The notes below the pieces were generated by a model. That model searched no databases, was not told the origin of the DNA, and saw only the letters and a list, made by a program, of their open reading frames with translations. The translations under genes were made by a program, and so were the position numbers. A stretch of 64,000 nucleotides of DNA from Myxococcota bacterium (GTDB taxonomy: Bacteria > Myxococcota_A > Polyangia > HGW-17), in assembly GCA_018821305.1 (NCBI GenBank), contig JAHJMN010000189.1:55115-119114 (forward strand), read 5' to 3'. Below are positions 57,392 through 64,000 of this stretch, one piece after another. Every line of letters starts with the position of its first letter. Position 1 is the first letter of the stretch.

Positions 57392-57455
57392 ATTCATTCT
57401 TAATGTCCTGTGTCCAAATTTGGTGTAAATTTGAAAAGATCGTATTTCATGACTG
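57392..57455. repeat. MITE-like repeat (module E copy)
   Basis: ttcattcttaatgtcctgtgtccaaatttggtgtaaatttgaaaagatcgtatttcatgactg. Confidence 0.55.
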
Positions 57456-57464
57456 AAAAATATA

Positions 57465-58340
57465 CTATCGTTCGATCTGGATCAAGTTACCTAGAGTCTG
57501 GCCCATGGAAAGAGGCATTCCCTCTTCTAGATTTTCAACTAAGTTAATCATATTCTTCTGGAAAACTACTACGACAGTGGAGCCGAGATGAAAAATTCCG
57601 AGTTCATCTCCACGGTTTCGGGCTACGGTCTCGAAATTGTCTGGATTAAAAATCTTCCAGTCCGGTCTTAAGCCATCTCTCAAGGGCAGATAACTCAAGG
57701 ACATGTTCCCGACACCCATCGCCGCTACCATCACCACCGCCATTTTTTGCCCGCTAGCTGTTTCAAGGCATGTAACTATTCGTTCGTTTATACAATAAAG
57801 ATTCGGTACATTAGCAGATGAAAACTTCCCCACGGGATAGTGCTGACCTTCAATGTGACGATAAGATTTTACTACTCCTGAAACAGGAAAATGAACTCGA
57901 TGATAATCATGAGGACTCAAGTAAACCGTAAACCAACCACCTTGAGCAAATTCCCGTGCATATAGCCTGTCGCTTAGAAGTGCCGTTAGAGAATACTCAA
58001 TTCCTTTTGCCTGAATAAGGGTCCCTTCACGTATGGCGCCGAAATTTGCGAGTCTTCCATCCGCCGGTGAAACCACCGCCGCTGGCGATTCATCTATAAT
58101 TCTGGCACCTTCCTTCAGTCGTCTTGTAAAAAGAGCGTCCAAAGTAGGATACTGGTCAATGGTCATTTCAGCTTCCGTTTTTTGCAGGGAAACTACATCA
58201 GAAAAAATCCGGTTCTGCAGTTTTGAGACAAGGGATGGAAGTCGCAACGATGACCATGTTCCAACGGCTCTGGAAAAGGTTTTCTTGGGAAATATATCAA
58301 GTGCTTTCAACTTAAGATCATCTATAAATCTTGTTTTCAT
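57465..58340 (-). CDS. psd: phosphatidylserine decarboxylase proenzyme
   Basis: GGWFTVYLSPHDYHRVHFPVSG and C-terminal self-cleavage motif FHLGSTVVV (LGST). Confidence 0.85.
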   Translation of the reverse strand: MKTRFIDDLKLKALDIFPKKTFSRAVGTWSSLRLPSLVSKLQNRIFSDVVSLQKTEAEMTIDQYPTLDALFTRRLKEGARIIDESPAAVVSPADGRLANFGAIREGTLIQAKGIEYSLTALLSDRLYAREFAQGGWFTVYLSPHDYHRVHFPVSGVVKSYRHIEGQHYPVGKFSSANVPNLYCINERIVTCLETASGQKMAVVMVAAMGVGNMSLSYLPLRDGLRPDWKIFNPDNFETVARNRGDELGIFHLGSTVVVVFQKNMINLVENLEEGMPLSMGQTLGNLIQIER

Positions 58341-58543
58341 GAGACCAGCCTTTCAGAACACGGACAAGTTACCACCGCAAAAACTCAAGTCAAGTCCTCT
58401 TGTATTTTACCCAGCGGAGGTGCGCATTTTAGTAGAATCGTTATTCTGGCCTTTTTTTGAATTTCCCTGTCGATCTTAAGATTCAGCTTGAATTGATGGA
58501 GTGATTAAACGTAAAACTGTACCTGGAGGCTAAGATTTTTTCC

Positions 58544-61069
58544 ATGAAATTGAAATTATTTTCATTTATTTTCTTCATGTCTTTGGGGATTTCCAGTGCT
58601 TTTGGAGTCTGGGAGTTTTCTGAAATGAAACCTTCTTCCGGTTCCTGGGGCAGCAAAGTCATCCTCACAGGCACTGATTTTTCTTCTGAACTTGTAAAAG
58701 TCTATTATAACTCGAAAATTATTACCCCACTTCGAATCACGAAAACATCAATAACTGTAGAAATCCCTGAAAATGCAGTTACAGGCTGGTTTGAAATTGA
58801 ACAGGAAGGTAGAAGACTAAGAGCTCCAAGGCTTTTTACAATTAAAAATGAAACCGTCCTGCGTCAAGTAAACCCACTTTCAGGACCTGCAAACGTCCAC
58901 CTGAAAGCAAATGGTTATTTTTTCACTTCTCAGACCCGGTTTTATCTTGATTACCTGCTTTTAGAATCACGTATCGCCGATGCAAAGACAGCGGTACTGC
59001 ATATTCCAGCAAATGCGAGATCAGGTCAGATTTATTACACAAGCCTCGGGAAAAAAATTCGAAGTCCATTCCGCTACACTGTTTTGCCCCTTCCTGCAGT
59101 ATCTGCAGTTAGGCCGACTCTGGGATGGATAGGTGATACTATTACTATTACCGGCAGGAATTTCTGCAAAGATGTTCGGGTAAAGTCCGGCTCAGTTTTC
59201 TGGGAAATTCTTTCCAAAACTCCGACATTACTCCGACTCAGGCTTACGGAAGGTTCAACAAACGGCCCTGTAGAAATCCACTGCTACGGAAAGATTATCA
59301 GAACCCCGACATTTACCCTTAAACCGCCTGCCGGGTCTCTTGTGAGTGCCACCCCTTCTTTCGGGCCTCCGGGAACATGGGTTACAATCAAGGGAGTTTC
59401 ATTCACACCCAAGGATCGTTTCTGGCTTGGAAGCAGTAAAATAACATCTCAAAAATATGTTGATAAAACGACTTTTAAACTGCTCATACCTGCCGGTGCA
59501 GTTACGGATATATTCCATCATGAATCCTGGGGCACTGTTAATCCAACATCCGTTATGTTTACTGTTGCCTTCGCTCCACAGTTAATGCGAATTTCTCCAC
59601 TTCGCGGCTGGTACGGTGATCGAATTACCATAAAAGGTGATCATTTCTGCAACCATCCTGAGGTCACAATTGGTACTAAATCCGCCGATGGAATTAGAAG
59701 AAGAAGCTCGACGGAAATATCATTCAGAATCCCCAATAGAGCATCATCAGGCAAAATTTCAGTTTCATGCCGCGGGATCAAGGCAATTTCTGCTTCAAAT
59801 CTGCACATTGTTCCGCCCCTTCCTCAGATTGTCGATATTGACCCGCCCAAGGGTCCTCCTGGGACAAAAATCCTCATTCGCGGTCGCCACTTCACACCGG
59901 GAATGATTTTGCTTTACGGTAGAGTTGTACTGAAGCCGGTTTTCATCAACTCAACTTTGATGGAAACTACTATCAATTCAAATAAATCAGCTTCTTTCAC
60001 CATCCTTACTCAGACAAAACAGTTTAAAACAGGAAAATCCTTCAATGTAGAATATGTTAAACCTGATATTTTTGGTTTCTATCCTCATATGGCCTGGCAC
60101 GGAAATACCGTTCATATTTCAGGTAAATCCTTTTGTGCAAAACCAACAGTCACATTAATTGGATCCTCGGGTAGTGAAAAACTCTCTGTACTTAAAGCCA
60201 CTTCCGAATCTATTTCCGTTAGACTTCCTCCTAAAGCTTTTTCCGGAAAATTTGAAGTTTCCTGTCACAACATGAAAGCTGTTTCCGCCAAATCCATTGA
60301 TATTAAAATAGCTCTTCCAGCGGTTTCCGGCATTTCTCCATCGAGCGGCCCCGCCCGAACCTGGATAACTTTAAGTGGAAGCGGATTCAAACGAAATATT
60401 CAGTGGTATCTTGGTAAGACTCTCGTGAGAGCCCGCTTTGTAAGTGATTCTGAAGTTATGCTTAACGCTCCTAATCTTCAGGAAAAATCCCCTGTTTCTT
60501 TCCGGTATGCAGGGCTCACAATCAATACCGGATTCATCTTTACCCCCAGTTATGCCATGCCTGTAATTTCGACTTTCTCCAGAGACATGGGTTGGCATGG
60601 TGATAAACTGACCTTGACAGGTTCCAATTTCTGTAGCGAAGCAAAAGTGATATTTGAAGGTGGAAAGGAAGGCCGCATTTTCAGACGTATCGGCCATTCT
60701 ACCATCGAGACTGCAGTTCCCGTCGGGGCAAAATCCGGAAATATTAAAGTAAAGTGTGGCCGCAGCATCGCAGTTTCCGGTGAATATTTTACCGTTGCAC
60801 CGCCGTATTCCAGAGTTATAAGTGTCAGTAAAAACATCGCTTGCCCCGGCGATATCATTGAAGTAACTGGCATCAATCTCACTCGACAGACCCGGATTTT
60901 CATTGGAGATACACAGGTAATATTCACACTGAAATCCGGTGTAAAAGCAACCATCCGGATTCCTGCAGGAGTGCGGAGTGGGGATCTTAAAGTCCGTTCC
61001 TTTGACCGGACTCTTAACACAGACACTTCAATTATTATCAAAAGCCGATTGTGCAAAAAAGGCCGCTGA
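58544..61069 (+). CDS. secreted protein with about nine tandem IPT/TIG (Ig-like) domains
   Basis: Signal peptide. Recurrent (I/V)T(I/L)xGxxF motifs with about 85-aa periodicity: ILTGTDF, ITITGRNFCKDVRV, VTIKGVSFTPKD, ITIKGDHFCNHPEV, ILIRGRHFTPGM, VHISGKSFCAKPTV, ITLSGSGFKRNI, LTLTGSNFCSEAKV, IEVTGINLTRQT. Confidence 0.7.
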   Translation: MKLKLFSFIFFMSLGISSAFGVWEFSEMKPSSGSWGSKVILTGTDFSSELVKVYYNSKIITPLRITKTSITVEIPENAVTGWFEIEQEGRRLRAPRLFTIKNETVLRQVNPLSGPANVHLKANGYFFTSQTRFYLDYLLLESRIADAKTAVLHIPANARSGQIYYTSLGKKIRSPFRYTVLPLPAVSAVRPTLGWIGDTITITGRNFCKDVRVKSGSVFWEILSKTPTLLRLRLTEGSTNGPVEIHCYGKIIRTPTFTLKPPAGSLVSATPSFGPPGTWVTIKGVSFTPKDRFWLGSSKITSQKYVDKTTFKLLIPAGAVTDIFHHESWGTVNPTSVMFTVAFAPQLMRISPLRGWYGDRITIKGDHFCNHPEVTIGTKSADGIRRRSSTEISFRIPNRASSGKISVSCRGIKAISASNLHIVPPLPQIVDIDPPKGPPGTKILIRGRHFTPGMILLYGRVVLKPVFINSTLMETTINSNKSASFTILTQTKQFKTGKSFNVEYVKPDIFGFYPHMAWHGNTVHISGKSFCAKPTVTLIGSSGSEKLSVLKATSESISVRLPPKAFSGKFEVSCHNMKAVSAKSIDIKIALPAVSGISPSSGPARTWITLSGSGFKRNIQWYLGKTLVRARFVSDSEVMLNAPNLQEKSPVSFRYAGLTINTGFIFTPSYAMPVISTFSRDMGWHGDKLTLTGSNFCSEAKVIFEGGKEGRIFRRIGHSTIETAVPVGAKSGNIKVKCGRSIAVSGEYFTVAPPYSRVISVSKNIACPGDIIEVTGINLTRQTRIFIGDTQVIFTLKSGVKATIRIPAGVRSGDLKVRSFDRTLNTDTSIIIKSRLCKKGR

Positions 61070-61081
61070 AAGGAGACTCAT

Positions 61082-62257
61082 ATGATTTCCATAGTTTTAG
61101 CTTCACTCATTTTCACCGCTCCCGCAAGACTGGTCTGTCCCGAAAGTCCAGCGAAATCCGTTAAAATTGATGGAATCCTTGATGAATGGGACGAAATAAA
61201 TCCCCTGACCCTGGCAAAAATAGATGCGGTAAAGGGTGGGGATCGCATTTCCAGTTCATCGGACCTCAGCGTTTCCATAAAATGCACTACTTCAAAAAAA
61301 GAAGGTATCTATTTTTATATAGAAATAACGGATTCTCGAATCATCCGCAGTAAAAATCCGGGTAAAAATGATGATCACGTAGAACTTGCCCTGGGCAGTA
61401 AAAATGGAAAAATTCTTTTTTATCCTCCCACAGATTCTTACAAAGGGGCCTTTAAAGGCTTACCTTCAAAAGGAAAAGCCAAAATTGTAAAGAAAGAAGG
61501 CGGCTGGGCCGTGGAATTCGGTGTTCCCTTCGGTTACCTTGGAGTCATTGATGGTCTTCCGGAAATGCCATTTGCTTTTGCAGCTTATGACACGGATTCA
61601 TCAGTTGCTGGAAAACCGGAAACTGTCGTTGCCCTTGATGCAAAAGAGCTTCCCAAAATGACCCGCCTGGAATTCGGAGCTGCCCGGGCCATGTACTCTG
61701 CTCTCCTTGAACGCCTCAGTTTATCCGATGCTGATGTTGTCCAGAATCATATCGGGAATTTTTCCGACGGAAAGGGTGTTGAACGAGCAATATGGATTGA
61801 TCGCTGGCTTGTGGTCATGGGCGGAGACATAGGATCCAACTTCGTCTCAACGGGCCTTGGTGTAGCAAAATCCAATGTTAAGCGTTTTCAACTGATCGAT
61901 ATTGACGGCGATGGAGTTACGGAATTTCTCACGGAACTTACATACGGGGATTCTGCAACAGAAAGGAAAGTACTGATAGTATGGAAAGCCTGGCCCAGTG
62001 GACTCAAGAAAATCTTTTCGCACCTGATCGAGTTCAAATCCGGTTCGCATTTCATAAAAAATTCCTACAAAACCGTGAAATCCGGCAAAAGGTATAAAAT
62101 TGTCGTTAAGTTTGACAGTGCTTCGAAATCAATTACAAAAGACAGCTGGAAAGGTGATGTTCCGGATTCCGATACTCTGGACTATATTTTTCCCTGGGCA
62201 AAATCCAAAACTGCAACATTCAGTTTCGCCAATGGTCGCTATTCTGTGGGAAGATAA
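61082..62257 (+). CDS. secreted hypothetical protein with CBM9/DOMON-like N-terminal domain
   Basis: Signal peptide. IDGILDEWDEINPL...DHVELALGS... resembles the I-D-G-x-L-D-E-x-x-W start of CBM9-like or DOMON folds. Weak call. Confidence 0.35.
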   Translation: MISIVLASLIFTAPARLVCPESPAKSVKIDGILDEWDEINPLTLAKIDAVKGGDRISSSSDLSVSIKCTTSKKEGIYFYIEITDSRIIRSKNPGKNDDHVELALGSKNGKILFYPPTDSYKGAFKGLPSKGKAKIVKKEGGWAVEFGVPFGYLGVIDGLPEMPFAFAAYDTDSSVAGKPETVVALDAKELPKMTRLEFGAARAMYSALLERLSLSDADVVQNHIGNFSDGKGVERAIWIDRWLVVMGGDIGSNFVSTGLGVAKSNVKRFQLIDIDGDGVTEFLTELTYGDSATERKVLIVWKAWPSGLKKIFSHLIEFKSGSHFIKNSYKTVKSGKRYKIVVKFDSASKSITKDSWKGDVPDSDTLDYIFPWAKSKTATFSFANGRYSVGR

Positions 62258-62410
62258 AAAATCCACTACGTCTATCTTAGAATTTAATATTCGTCTCAAA
62301 TTTGAATTGTGTAAGAAATGAGGGTAAAACAAGAGTCTGAAAGTGGTATACTGTTTCAAACCGGTTTAAAATCGAACTTTTAATAGTACCGGATAACGAC
62401 TGCGATATAT

Positions 62411-64000
62411 AATGATAATCTGGCTAATTACTTTTCTTCTTATTCAGGCACCGGAAAAAGCGGACCTTAAAATCGTCCGTCAGCACTCTCACTATTCTCA
62501 AGCTCTTATTTTAAAACAGATTTATGCAAAGGGTATAACTCAGAAAAAACTGAACAATCTTTACTCGAAACTTGTTCTATCACCCTACCGAGAATTCGCT
62601 CTTGCTCACATGGCGTCAAATACACCGGATGCAAAAATCAGACTTGAGCTTTTAAAAAAAGAACTTCCCATCTGTCGAAAAATTCATGATGGAAAGTACA
62701 CGGCAAAAGAAATTGCCCAATGGATTTCTGCAGATCGCTGCAGCATTGATATACGAGCAAATCTTGTGGAAATCTGCGGAAATTCCGGTTCAAAGATTAC
62801 CACTATGTACATAAACGAAATTCTGTGGAAAACCCTGCCATCCCACGTAAACAGCCTTTCATGGCTACTTCGGGCTACAGAATATGCAAAACAACTTGAT
62901 AACAATAGAAAACATCAACTTGAACGATTTCTTCTGGTTTTCCACCCGGATTCTATAAACGATAATGACTTCATACGCATGACGAAATCCATGCCATGCA
63001 ATCATCGAACGGATCTCATTGAAAACATGCTCAAACGCGGGTCCTATGCCCGACTTCCACTTCTTTTCAAAGATTGCTCATTCCCCCTTGCTCAAGCGCG
63101 CCTTGAATATCTCACTGGAAACTATGGAAAAGCCTGGGAATTCATCAAGGATCAGGGCCAATCCAGATGGAAAAATCGGATCAAAAACTTCTTTCTCCCT
63201 CCGGAAAACAGTCTTGAGAACTATTTGAAACAATACAGTATTAATAAAAAGCCTTCATCTCTTAAAAGACTTGTAAAATCAGGTCTCCTGAGCCATGAAT
63301 ATACCAGTGTAATGGGCGTGCTGGAAGCATGGAAAGGGGACGATTGCTGGCTGAACTTCATGAAGGGCTACCTTCGCTTCGCCTCGGGAAACAAAAAACA
63401 GGCTTCTAAATTCTGGAACGAATTGAAATGCAACCATCCCGCGGAAGTTGCCCGTTCAGATTACTGGAAACACAAACTAACAGGGAAAATTCCAGCATTC
63501 AGATGGACCCGTAAAGTGCCCGAAGAAGCCTATTACAGGCAACTCATTGATAATTCACGACGTAAACTGGCCCCGGCTCCCATAGAACTGTTTGTTTTAA
63601 AACCAAGGATTTCAAAGTTTTCACTTAAACGTATTTCTGAAAACACTGACCTTCCCGAGGAACTGCGCTTAGGACTTTCTCTCATGAGTACAGGACTTGA
63701 AGACCTTTCCACTCCTTGCCTTTACCGTGGAATGGTTAGTATTTCCAAACGAAACCGTCGCACTCCGGATCAACTTTTAACATGCTGGGATCTCGCGGAA
63801 GGCAATGGAGCAAAATGTAAAAAAGAAAAGTTCCTGACGGATAAAGATCACGGTATTTCTCCGGAAATTCATCGCTCAATAGCTATGAAAATGGATTGGC
63901 CTCATCTGGCTCCATTCTGGGGAGAAATGCTACCGAGACCTTACGAGAAAACCATGCGTCAAATATCAACTACCGTTGGAATTCCCGCTGGGCTGCTTTA
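62411..64000 (+). CDS. 3'-truncated ORF running off the window end; hypothetical, possibly the N-terminal superhelical part of a soluble lytic transglycosylase
   Basis: Open frame from ATG at 62411 to the window end (over 525 codons). Absent from the ORF track because it has no stop. The terminal residues PRPYEKTMRQISTTVGIPAGLL resemble the Y-x-x-x-v-x-x-x-a-x-x-x-g-v-d-p-x-L linker preceding an SLT catalytic domain. Confidence 0.4.

Noticed and set aside
1-64000. CRISPR arrays, tRNA, rRNA, tmRNA or RNase P genes
   Set aside because: I found no regularly spaced short direct repeats and no cloverleaf- or RNase-P-like conserved blocks in the intergenic regions. The only periodic signals are the in-frame protein repeats and the MITE family.

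Overview
AT-rich 64 kb chromosomal window, almost fully coding on both strands, with about 48 protein genes and no rRNA, tRNA or CRISPR that I could see. The gene content points to a low-GC Myxococcota- or Bdellovibrionota-like deltaproteobacterium with a large secretome; this is an inference. Supporting it are a lipoprotein with six Myxococcus-type cysteine-rich repeats plus SBBP beta-propeller repeats, a metzincin ending in a MYXO-CTERM-like signal, a Hanks Ser/Thr kinase, an FHA protein, a serpin, TPR giants and an IPT/TIG-repeat protein. The most striking sequence-level feature is a previously unnamed family of modular MITE-like intergenic repeats, with at least 11 copies or fragments carrying a conserved terminal inverted repeat core TAGTT(A/C)(C/G)TGTCCTG(A/T)AAT ... 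ATT(A/T)CAGGACA(G/T)TAACTA. They sit in most of the longer intergenic gaps and in places touch gene starts and ribosome-binding sites. Second, the window is dense in non-enzymatic c-di-GMP signalling parts: an HDOD protein, a membrane GGDEF protein with a degenerate active site but retained RxxD I-site, and a standalone MshEN protein with two perfect c-di-GMP-binding motifs. The MshEN gene is followed on the same strand by a GH13 lipoprotein, a Wzx-like flippase and a GT4 glycosyltransferase. There is also a multi-PAS hybrid kinase lacking the phospho-acceptor His. Third, a same-strand cluster (51.6-57.2 kb) couples a YgiQ-family radical SAM protein translationally to a transmembrane Ser/Thr kinase, flanked by a Pro-rich-linker methyltransferase, a NeuD/PglD acetyltransferase and a DUF3795-like Cys-rich protein; its function is unknown. 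Other genes include SNF2 helicase, dapA, CDF transporter, psd, MutS2-like ATPase and secreted hydrolases. All calls rest on motif recognition by eye; no database searches were run.
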